A DNA stretch of 11,070 nucleotides from a bacterium. Its GTDB lineage: Bacteria > Krumholzibacteriota > Krumholzibacteriia > G020349025. The DNA is taken from the NCBI GenBank assembly GCA_031362565.1, contig JANLSU010000098.1:1-11070 (forward strand). The letters run 5' to 3'. Under the pieces are notes generated by a model, which searched no databases, was not told the origin of the DNA, and was given only the letters and a program-made list of their open reading frames with translations. Every line of letters begins with the position of its first letter. Within the stretch, counting starts at the first letter, position 1. Below are positions 1 through 7,484 of the stretch, piece by piece. The translations under genes and the position numbers were made by a program.

Positions 1-216
1 CACAGTTGGCAGATCGTGGCGTGCGCCGGCACTTCGATCGGTGAGAAGGGCATGATGGTGGCCGCACGAGTTCTCGCCGGTGCCGCCGTCGACCTGCTTT
101 CCAACCCGGCGCTCATCGGCGATGCACGGCGCGACTTTGACGCCCGCCGCGCCCGGGCGACGACCCCGGTGCTCGCGGTGCCGGGGAATCAGTCCGTGCC
201 GCTGACGATTCGCTAG
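1..216 (+). CDS. C-terminal end (5'-truncated) of an M20-family amidohydrolase, AbgB/p-aminobenzoyl-glutamate hydrolase-like
   Basis: Frame 1 is open from base 1: HSWQIVACAGTSIGEKGMMVAARVLAGAAVDLLSNPALIGDARRDF, stop TAG 214-216. This matches the HSWQ..A.....G.KGM..AA..LA....DL...P.....A..EF C-terminus typical of AbgB-like M20 enzymes. Confidence 0.8.
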   Translation, partial: HSWQIVACAGTSIGEKGMMVAARVLAGAAVDLLSNPALIGDARRDFDARRARATTPVLAVPGNQSVPLTIR

Positions 217-331
217 CGAATGCCCTATCGGTAGAGCGCATTGACGTCAGACCACAGGTCGCAACGGTGCGGCAACGGGCTTGGCCTAGCGCCTCGACCC
301 TGGCCTGCAAATTGGACGTGACGCGATGTTC

Positions 332-360
332 TCGACCGCAACACGGCGCCATGATACGAT
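332..360 (+). promoter_or_regulatory. Putative sigma-70 promoter with extended -10, probably giving a leaderless transcript
   Basis: TCGACC (332-337), 17-nt spacer, TACGAT (355-360) preceded by TG (352-353). ATG 368 lies 7 nt after the -10 and has no Shine-Dalgarno. Confidence 0.5.
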
Positions 361-367
361 GCTGTTC

Positions 368-715
368 ATGAGAATTGCGACACCGCAGGACCCAGTCTCC
401 ATGGACGAGCTTCGGTCCATGGCCGAGGGGCGGTTCGGGGATCTGGTGAAGGGCGTCGTCGATCTGGAGCGGGGCATTCTGTTGCTCGACGCCGAAATGC
501 ACGCCGACCAAGAAGCCGAGCTATTGGCCACAGGATCCGTTCAACCCGACATGTGGGGAATCAACTTGTATCCCGATCTGTCGGAGAGCGAATGGCTCGA
601 GTTCGATTCGATGATCAATCTGCGTCCGTCCTTCGGGAACACGACCCGTGGTGTCGACGATCCGGCCGTACGAGAGCGAATCGCCGCACTCGTTCAGAAG
701 GTGGTGCGGCGGTGA
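368..715 (+). CDS. DUF5674-like protein (115 aa), function unknown
   Basis: Motifs FGDLVKGVVD, EMHADQE..LL..GS.Q..MWG.NLYP and EFDSMINLRP..GN..RGV.D...RERI are recognisable as DUF5674. Start 368 is preferred over 326 because of the promoter position. Confidence 0.8.
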   Translation: MRIATPQDPVSMDELRSMAEGRFGDLVKGVVDLERGILLLDAEMHADQEAELLATGSVQPDMWGINLYPDLSESEWLEFDSMINLRPSFGNTTRGVDDPAVRERIAALVQKVVRR

Positions 716-1059
716 CGGGCGTGCGACACGCAGATCTGGCCGCCGGGCGCTGGTGGACCCTGCAACTGGACGAGCAACTCGGGAACGTGGGCAGCGAGAT
801 CAGCCGGACACTGCGTTGGAAGAACCGTAATGCTGCGATCGCGCATGGAGCACTCCAGCGCGCGCTCGAGTTGATCGATCTCACCCTCGCGGACCCCCGC
901 CATCGCGGTTCCGTGGCCCGATTGCGAGAAATCGCTCGCGCTCGCGAGGTCGTGGTGGACTTCATCGTGGGACCCAACCAGTACCATTCGACCGACGCTT
1001 CGTTGCAGCGCTACTTCGATGTCTACGCCATCGCCGCTCGGAAGCGATCAAAGGCTTAG
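712..1059 (+). CDS. Conserved small alpha-helical hypothetical protein (115 aa), partner of the DUF5674 gene
   Basis: GTG 712-714 overlaps the upstream TGA (GTGA). Sequence HADLAAGRWWTLQLDEQLGNVGSEISR...ALELIDLT..DP....RLREIARARE...DF....NQY.ST...LQRYF has an amphipathic helix pattern. The ORF-track start at 553 would overlap the previous gene and is unlikely. Confidence 0.75.
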   Translation: MTGVRHADLAAGRWWTLQLDEQLGNVGSEISRTLRWKNRNAAIAHGALQRALELIDLTLADPRHRGSVARLREIARAREVVVDFIVGPNQYHSTDASLQRYFDVYAIAARKRSKA

Positions 1060-1069
1060 CATCGAGTGC

Positions 1070-2660
1070 TCACGGCGCAGCTTTGAACCGCCCGTATCCC
1101 TGAATGAGCTGCAGCGCGAACGTGAAGCGCGCCGAGTTGAGGTACACGGGGCGCCTCCCGGGCACCAGGATCTCGACGTTCTTCGCGAGCTCCGTGACCC
1201 GGAGCTTCCCCCAATGCTCGTCGTACGTCCGAAAGGCATAGGTATGATTGTCCAGGAGCGGGACGCTCTCGACCATGTTCAGCGGATCGGGGGCGATGGA
1301 TGTCTCCCAAGCTAAGTCACCGGCGCCGCGATCCAGGAAGATCGTCCGGTGTCGCGGCGTCCAGCCATTCGTGAAATCCGCCAGCGTGGGAGAAATGAGT
1401 AAACTTCCGTCGTCGAAACTACTCGGGTCCTCCACCATGACGATCTCGACGCCATTTGCATTCGCCGGCGAAGATGAGTACAACGTGCCCTGACCGGTCA
1501 CGACGTTCCAGCCGTAAGCGCTCTTGGTATCCGTGAAGACAACGCTCCGGACTGAGGTCGCGCACGATCGCGATGATGGCAATCACGCCGGCGACCCCGA
1601 GCGCCGTCACGAGCAAGGAACGGGCGGACGTGGGCAGCGACCGCTTCCTCGTGGGCGCGCCAGTCGCGTCGAGCGCGGCCACGAACCAGCGCGCCGACCC
1701 GATTCTCTGCGCTGGGTCGACGGCCATGGCCTGCTCCACCAGATCGGCCAAACCGGCGGGAAGTTCCGGTCGCAGCGCGCGGAGTTGCGGCGCGGGGCCG
1801 GCCCGCGCTGCTGCGATCAGCTCGGCCAACGATTCGGATTGAAATGGTGACCGCCCCGCGAGCGCGAACCAAAGAACGGCGCCGAGCGAGTGGATGTCGG
1901 AAACGGTGGTCGCAGGTGCCCCGGCGAAGAGTTCGGGTGCCATGTACATCGGCGTGCCCGACGGTCCGAGCGTGCGCGCCGTGATCGCGGCCCGTCGGCC
2001 GAGACCGAAGTCAGCCAAGACGAAGCGTCCGTCGGCGTCGCATACGATGTTGGCCGGCTTGACGTCGCGATGGAGAATCCCAGCATCGTGGACGGACGCG
2101 AGAGCGGAGCCCAGGTCGGCAGCGAGGCGAAGCGCGAATGCGACGTCGCAGCGGCCTCGAGACGCGATCTGCTACTCGAGTGTCGTGCCGCGCACCAACT
2201 CCATCCACAATCCAACTTTGCCGTCGTGATGATCGATGCCGTGGATCACGACGACGTTCGGATGTCTGATGCGGGCCGCGGCGCGACCCTCGGCGAGCAG
2301 GGCTTCGATGCCGTCGGCCGCCTGGTCGCCGCGCATGAGCTTCAGCGCAACTTCGCGGTGCAGAGCTGCGTCCCACGCACGATAGACTTCGGCATGCGCG
2401 CCGCTTCCCACCACCTCGAGAAGCAGGAGCTTTCCCCAGCGCCCGAGTCGTTGCGATTCATCCAAGCCATCCGAAGGCCGCGGCGCACTTTGCAGGCTCT
2501 GGTTGAAGGCCGCGATGTCGGCGACTTCGTGCAGCGCGTTCAGGCTGCTCTGCTCGTCCGGCTCGATGGAGCGGCCTGCGGCGTCCCAGTCCACGGGCAG
2601 GCCGTCGGAAATGGACGCCAGGATTTTCTGGAACGGATGTCCCTCATCGTCATGACTCAT
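1070..2660 (-). pseudogene. Membrane-anchored Hanks-type Ser/Thr kinase with extracytoplasmic C-terminal domain, interrupted by an in-frame TAG (2172-2174) and a frameshift (~1545-1560)
   Basis: ATG 2660 overlaps the sigma gene end. Motifs GSGAHAEVY, VALK, HPNVV and LWMELV precede the TAG. In the same frame after the TAG come HRDVKPAN, DFG, GTPMYMAPE and SDIHSLG, then a TM segment (LLVTALGVAGVIAIIAIV). The protein-like sequence continues in another frame (ORF 1070..1582). Confidence 0.85.
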
Positions 2661-3258
2661 AGCGCATCGCTTCCGCCAGTCGCGCCAGCGCCCGTTGTAC
2701 AGCCATCCGGACTGCATCTCCGCTCGGCCGGCCAAGCATGGTCGCGATCTCCTTGTACTCGAAATCGAGTTCGATCCGCAGGTGCAAGAGTTCTTGCTCG
2801 CCTTCGGTCAAGCCGGCGAGGGCGCGCTCGTAGCGCGCCAGCACGTCGGCGCCAATCGCGTTCTCGAGCGGCGACGGAGCCGGATCGTCCAGGGTCTCGG
2901 GAACTCCCTCGGGACCCGGGCGGCGCGCGGCCCAACGGATCTCATCCCGAATACGATTGAGCAGCGCTTGACGAACATAGGACTGGAATCCCCCGGGGCC
3001 ATTCTCCCGGACCCGATCCAGGCCTTGGAAGACTCGCATGAGTGTCTCTTGGACCAGATCGCCGGTGTCGAAGAGCGACCGAGCGTAAGCCGGCAAGCGA
3101 CCGGCCGCCCACCGCTGGAGCCGAGGCACGCAGCGGGTGAAGAGCTGTGCTCTGGCGCCATCGTCGCCGCCCTTGGCCAGGCGCAAGAGATCGGCCGTCG
3201 CGAGGAGACAATCCTCGGACGCCGGCAGGCCTGGTTCTCCGGGCGACCCCGTGGGCAT
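2650..3258 (-). CDS. ECF sigma-70 factor, Ser/Thr kinase-associated type (~202 aa)
   Basis: Sigma2: LLRLAKGGDDGARAQLF...DTGDLVQETLMRVF...FQSYVRQALLNRIRDEIR. Sigma4: ALAGLTEGEQELLHLRIELDFEYKEIATMLGRPSGDAVRMAVQRALARL. GGAGG lies upstream of ATG 3258. Confidence 0.92.
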   Translation of the reverse strand: MPTGSPGEPGLPASEDCLLATADLLRLAKGGDDGARAQLFTRCVPRLQRWAAGRLPAYARSLFDTGDLVQETLMRVFQGLDRVRENGPGGFQSYVRQALLNRIRDEIRWAARRPGPEGVPETLDDPAPSPLENAIGADVLARYERALAGLTEGEQELLHLRIELDFEYKEIATMLGRPSGDAVRMAVQRALARLAEAMRYES

Positions 3259-3298
3259 GCGTGCCCTCCCCCAGGGTGAGCATGTTCGAGACCTGCCG

Positions 3299-3328
3299 AG
3301 TGTATCCACACTGCCTACGCGCCTTCAA
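3299..3328 (-). promoter_or_regulatory. Possible sigma-70 promoter for the ECF-kinase operon
   Basis: Minus strand reads TTGAAG (3328-3323), 18-nt spacer, TACACT (3304-3299), about 40 nt upstream of ATG 3258. Confidence 0.4.
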
Positions 3329-3370
3329 CCGTGCCTTGGGAGGCGACGCCTGCCCGGCTCGACAACCCCT

Positions 3371-3901
3371 CGCGACCGCGTCGGGGCGCTCCGGATCGGC
3401 GACGCGAGCGGCCCAACGACGCAATTCGGCGCGCTGGTCTCGGCGGCGCATCGCGACAAGGTCGAGGGCTATCTGCAACTCGCCCGTACCGAGGGCGGAA
3501 CGATAACGGGTGGCAGGCGTCCGACGCACGAGCCGCCTTTTGATGCCGGCGCATTCCTGCCGTCGGCTGTCGTCACCGGGCTCGGCCCGAACTGCCGCAC
3601 CGCGCAGGAGGAAGTCTTTGGACCCGTCGCAACCGCGCATGCATTCCGCGACGAAGCGGGAGGGATCGCGAACGCCGTGGGCTACGGACTTTCGGCGTAG
3701 GTGTGGACCCGCAACCTGCGACGTGCCCACCGACGTGGTGGCGGCCCTCGATACCGGCAAGGTGTGGGTCAACACGTGGCCCTTGCGAAATCTGCGAGTG
3801 CCATTCGGCGGCGCAATGCGAGCGGCGTTGGCCGCGGGGGCGGCGACTTTTCTCTCAAGTTCTTCAGCGAATCCAGCAACGTGTACATCAAGTTGGACTA
3901 G
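3371..3901 (+). pseudogene. Degraded C-terminal fragment of an aldehyde dehydrogenase (ALDH8A1 / 2-hydroxy- or 2-aminomuconate semialdehyde dehydrogenase-like)
   Basis: Reads LRIGD....T.FGALVSAAHRDKV, AQEEVFGPV, YGLSA-TAG(3698-3700)-VWTRNLRRAHR. A frameshift at ~3734 gives VVAALDTGKVWVNTWPLRNLRVPFGG, and a second at ~3814 gives SGVGRGGGDFSLKFFSESSNVYIKLD-stop. The N-terminal NAD-binding half and the catalytic Cys are absent. Confidence 0.85.
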
Positions 3902-3929
3902 GACGGGCGCCCCAATAACGTGGACGAAT

Positions 3930-5429
3930 TCAGCGTACGACCGTCCCTCTGCCGCCCGCGAGGACGTGACCCCGAAGATCCTCGATACGTACAAAATATT
4001 GGCCCGCAGGCAAATCTCGCGACCGCCAACGAATCGACGCGTTGGAGGCCTCGATGCTGCGGCGCTCGACGAGCCGGCCGCGCACGTCGAAGACGGCCAG
4101 CTGGGCTGCAGGGATGGATCCGCGGGCAAACCGCAGGGCCGCTTGATCCCGACACGGGTTGGGAACGATGTCGAGCATGACCGGTCGCCAGGTGGAATTG
4201 AGGGCAGCGTCCGTGGCCGTGCCGACGTACTCGTAAACGCGAGTCATCGGTCGCGAGGGCACCGATCCCATGATCAGTTCCGGGACGCCATTCTGATTGA
4301 GATCGAAGGTGCTCACGGCTCCGAGCGCGTATATCGTACTCACCAAGGTCCAGTGACCAGGCACACTGGCGCGGAAGACTCGCGTGCCTGGGTACGTCGC
4401 CGCCATCAAAAACTCGTCCGCTCCCGCCACGTCGACGTTGCACACAGCGCTGGATCCTGAGCCCACGCCCTCGTCCGTGATCAGGGTGTCGACAGCAGCG
4501 AAGGTGTTGTCACCCGTGCTCTCGTAGATGATCGTGCAGTAGTGAGCCGTCGAATTGGCAAACAGGGTTCCCGTCACGAAGATTTCGGGCTTGCCGTTGC
4601 CGTCGGTGTCCTGACCACCGGCGATGGTGTAGGCGTTGTACAACCCTGTCCACGCGCGGAACGTGAGAACCCACGCGTTGTCGGCCGGAGACTCGAAAAC
4701 ATGCAGCCACCCAGGGCTGCCGCACAATGCAATTTCGAGCTTGCCGTCTCCGTCCAAGTCCGCGATCAGCTTTTCGCCGGTTGCGGATGGGCCTACCAGC
4801 GTGCCGTTGAACACCGGGGCGAAGGTGTTGTCGGCCGTGTTCTCGAAAATCGCGAGGCCGCTCGTTGATCCATTACCATTGATTGACTGGATGATTTCCA
4901 TGCGCCCATCGCGGTCCGTGTCGCCGATTGTAGTGTACCCACCGACGTTCGAGAGATAAGGCGAGGACCACACGAGTTGCGACGGGTGTGACGACGCGTT
5001 GACGCTCTCGAAGACCTGCACGTAGCCGGACGTCTGACCGATGATTTCGCTCCGCCCGTCCTGGTCGAGATCGCCCGTCGCATACGGAATCAGGTCCGAA
5101 GCCCCACTGTCCTCGATGGCGTACGCATTGTGGCCCTGGTACTCCCAGATTCTCCACGAGTTCAACGAGCCACCCCAGAGCAACAACTCGACCGCGCCGT
5201 CGTGGTCCGTATCTCCGAAGTCCATTGCGCCAGCATACGAGAACTCTAGGTTCGCGAGCAGCGTGAGCGGAAATGTATCTACGGAAGCGACTACCGCGGA
5301 AGTTGTGCGTGCGTGCGCGAACGTGTGGATCGGCAGAGGCAGCACGCTTCGTTCAGCGGCCTGCCCAGAACTCGCACCGAGGCACGCCGAGAGTACCAGG
5401 ATGGTTCGGTTGAGCGCCGTGCGTATCAT
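3930..5429 (-). CDS. Secreted FG-GAP/VCBS-repeat 7-bladed beta-propeller protein with C-terminal T9SS-like/Ig sorting domain, copy A (499 aa)
   Basis: GGAGG precedes the ATG, and the signal peptide ends ...SSGQA. Seven Ca-binding-type repeats: GDTDHDGAVEL, GDLDQDGRSEI, GDTDRDGRMEI, ADLDGDGKLEI, QDTDGNGKPEI, CNVDVAGADEF, FDLNQNGVPEL. CTD: IVPNP...VFDVRGRLV...W...LPAGQYFVRI. Confidence 0.88.
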   Translation of the reverse strand: MIRTALNRTILVLSACLGASSGQAAERSVLPLPIHTFAHARTTSAVVASVDTFPLTLLANLEFSYAGAMDFGDTDHDGAVELLLWGGSLNSWRIWEYQGHNAYAIEDSGASDLIPYATGDLDQDGRSEIIGQTSGYVQVFESVNASSHPSQLVWSSPYLSNVGGYTTIGDTDRDGRMEIIQSINGNGSTSGLAIFENTADNTFAPVFNGTLVGPSATGEKLIADLDGDGKLEIALCGSPGWLHVFESPADNAWVLTFRAWTGLYNAYTIAGGQDTDGNGKPEIFVTGTLFANSTAHYCTIIYESTGDNTFAAVDTLITDEGVGSGSSAVCNVDVAGADEFLMAATYPGTRVFRASVPGHWTLVSTIYALGAVSTFDLNQNGVPELIMGSVPSRPMTRVYEYVGTATDAALNSTWRPVMLDIVPNPCRDQAALRFARGSIPAAQLAVFDVRGRLVERRSIEASNASIRWRSRDLPAGQYFVRIEDLRGHVLAGGRGTVVR

Positions 5430-5590
5430 GTCGCACGCCTCCAGGTTACGCCAGATTCATGGAGTCCGCCTCGGCGGACCTCGTCGAGCCCGAGCACTGC
5501 ATCAGGTTCAAGAATAGACCCGCCAACCGAGCAAGCCCGAGGCCCTCATCGCGATGTAGAACGACGGAAAACAGAGGGGTACGATGAAGT

Positions 5591-7075
5591 TCAGTGTACG
5601 ATCGTCCCTCTGCCGCCCGCGAGAACCCGGCCCCGAAGGTCCTCGAGCCGGACGAAATACTGGCCTGCAGGCAAATCTTGCGACCGCCAGACAATCGATC
5701 TACCCGACGGCTCGATGCTTCGTCGCTCGACCATCCGGCCACGAGCGTCAAAGACGGCAAGCCGGGCTGCGGTCTCGGCTCCGCGTGTGAGCCGCAGAGT
5801 CGCTTGACCCCGACACGGGTTAGGAACGATGTCAAGAGTGTTGGGCTGCCACGCAAAAGCCGTGTCCGTTATGGTACCAGGGTACTCGAACACCCGCGTG
5901 GTGAAGTACTGCCAGATCACTTCTGGGATTCCGTTCCCGTTGAGATCGAATGTGTGGACTCCACCTCCCGGGCCGTAGGCCATCGCGACCCAGTCCCATT
6001 TGCCGATCGTGCTGGCGCCAAAGACACGGATCCCCGTCCCACCGGCTCTAAACAGGAACTCGTCTTTTCCCACCGCGTCAACGTTGCACACAGCGCTCGC
6101 TCCCGAGCCCACTCCTTCATCTGCGATCAGGGTGTCGACGGCAGCGAAAGTATTGTCACCCGTGCTTTCATAGATGATGGTGCAGTAGTAAGCCGTCGAA
6201 TTGGCGAACCGGGTCCCCGTCACGAAGATCTCGGGGTTGCCATTGCCGTCGGTGTCTTGGCCACCGGCGATGGTGTAGGCGTTGTACAACCCCGTCCACC
6301 CGCGGAATGTCAGAACCCAGGTGTTGTCGGCCGGAGACTCGAAGACATGCAGCCACCCGGGGCTGCCGCACAATGCAATTTCGAGCTTGCCATCTCCGTC
6401 CAGGTCCGCGATCAGCTTTTCGCCGGTTGCGGAGGGGCCTGCCAGCGTGCCGTTGAACACGGAAGTGAGAGTGTTGTCGCCGGTGTTCTCGAAAATCGCG
6501 AGGCCGCTCGTTGATCCATTGCCGTTGACTGACTGGATGATTTCCATGCGCCCATCGCGGTCCGTGTCGCCGATCGTCGTGTACCCACCGACGTTCGAGA
6601 GATAAGGCGAGGACCACACGAGTTGCGACGGGTGTGACGACGCGTTGACGCTCTCGAAGACCTGCACGTAGCCGGATGTCTGACCGATGATTTCGCTCTG
6701 TCCGTCCTGGTCGAGATCGCCCACCGCATATGGAATCAGGTCCGAAGTCCCGCTGTCCTCGAGGGCGTACGTATTGTGACCCCGGTACTCCCAAATTCTC
6801 CAAGAGTTCAACGAGCCACCCCCGAACACCAACTCGATCGCGCCGTCGTGGTCCGTATCTCCGAAGTCCATTGCGCCAGCATAGGAGAACTCTAGGTTCG
6901 CGAGCAGAGTGAGTGGAAACGTATCTACGGAAGCGACTACCGCGGATGCTGGGCCCACGTGCGCGAACCTATGGATTGGCAGAGGCAGCACGCTTCGTTC
7001 AGCGGCCTGCCCGGAACTCGCACCGAGGCACGCCGAGAGTACCAGGGTGGTTCGGTTGAGCGCCGTGCGTATCAT
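5591..7075 (-). CDS. Secreted FG-GAP/VCBS-repeat beta-propeller protein with C-terminal sorting domain, copy B (494 aa)
   Basis: Paralogue of copy A. The start is placed at ATG 7075 (MIRTALNR, same GGAGG context as copy A) rather than 7162. It has the same seven repeats and the same CTD. Confidence 0.88.
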   Translation of the reverse strand: MIRTALNRTTLVLSACLGASSGQAAERSVLPLPIHRFAHVGPASAVVASVDTFPLTLLANLEFSYAGAMDFGDTDHDGAIELVFGGGSLNSWRIWEYRGHNTYALEDSGTSDLIPYAVGDLDQDGQSEIIGQTSGYVQVFESVNASSHPSQLVWSSPYLSNVGGYTTIGDTDRDGRMEIIQSVNGNGSTSGLAIFENTGDNTLTSVFNGTLAGPSATGEKLIADLDGDGKLEIALCGSPGWLHVFESPADNTWVLTFRGWTGLYNAYTIAGGQDTDGNGNPEIFVTGTRFANSTAYYCTIIYESTGDNTFAAVDTLIADEGVGSGASAVCNVDAVGKDEFLFRAGGTGIRVFGASTIGKWDWVAMAYGPGGGVHTFDLNGNGIPEVIWQYFTTRVFEYPGTITDTAFAWQPNTLDIVPNPCRGQATLRLTRGAETAARLAVFDARGRMVERRSIEPSGRSIVWRSQDLPAGQYFVRLEDLRGRVLAGGRGTIVH

Positions 7076-7276
7076 GTCGCACGCCTCCAGGTCACGCCCG
7101 GATTCATGGAGTCCGCTCAGGTTGAAATGGTCGAACCCGACCAATGCATCAAGTACCAGCATAGACCCAAGGACTCAGGGACACCAGGGGGAATTGCTCG
7201 GCCGAGAGGCTTCGGGAGTTTGCAGCGGGCCACTGCCGCGGGAGTCAAGAAGCACGCCGGACGGGGACGCACGGTC

Positions 7277-7305
7277 TTGACACCCAACCATCAGACGCCT
7301 AGGAT
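7277..7305 (+). promoter_or_regulatory. Sigma-70 promoter for the large secreted protein gene
   Basis: TTGACA (7277-7282), 17-nt spacer, TAGGAT (7300-7305), in the divergent intergenic region. Confidence 0.7.
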
Positions 7306-7484
7306 TCGCGTACTAATTCGGGGCTTGTGCGGCGGCTGGGGCAAGAGCTCCGTGCTAATATTGTCGCGCTCCCCACGAACGAATCGCACATTCTCTTGCG
7401 GGCTACATGAATAGGAGCAACACGCGCCGCTTCGCGATCGCCAACTCCGGAATTGCTGGCGTCGTGCATACAGGGAGGGCTGCC

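Larger units (their letters stand above)
3926..7168. repeat. Tandem duplication with a unit of ~1.65 kb (about 3926-5521 and 5587-7168)
   Basis: Start codons are 1646 nt apart, with long near-identical nucleotide stretches. Similarity extends ~90 nt into the upstream non-coding DNA (TGCATCAGGTTCAAGAATAGACCC vs TGCATCAAGTACCAGCATAGACCC). Confidence 0.93.

Noticed and set aside
241..270. TTGACG as a -35 element
   Set aside because: No -10-like hexamer occurs at 16-18 nt spacing.
2172..3700. Amber (TAG) recoding or pyrrolysine, suggested by in-frame TAGs in both the kinase and the ALDH fragment
   Set aside because: TAG serves as the apparent true stop at 216, 1059, 3901 and 10316. Both interrupted genes also have frameshifts, and the expected residues differ (Gln vs Ser). 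Decay or sequencing error is the simpler explanation.
1890..4460. Long alternative ORFs 1890..2960 (+), 2942..4129 (-) and 3510..4460 (+)
   Set aside because: These are shadow frames of real genes in GC-rich DNA with no motifs of their own. The exception is the short ALDH frameshifted segment within 3510..4460.
5547..5556. Perfect palindrome CATCGCGATG between the duplicated genes
   Set aside because: Only 10 bp, with no counterpart upstream of copy B, and compatible with chance.
3930..7075. Diversity-generating retroelement (TR/VR pair)
   Set aside because: Both repeats are full genes, the differences are not adenine-restricted and include indels, and no reverse transcriptase is present in the window.
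7306..7484. Riboswitch or ncRNA in the long leader of the large gene
   Set aside because: Only weak, imperfect pairing and no recognisable aptamer consensus. An Rfam/Infernal scan would be needed, and part of the region may be coding if ATG 7407 is used.
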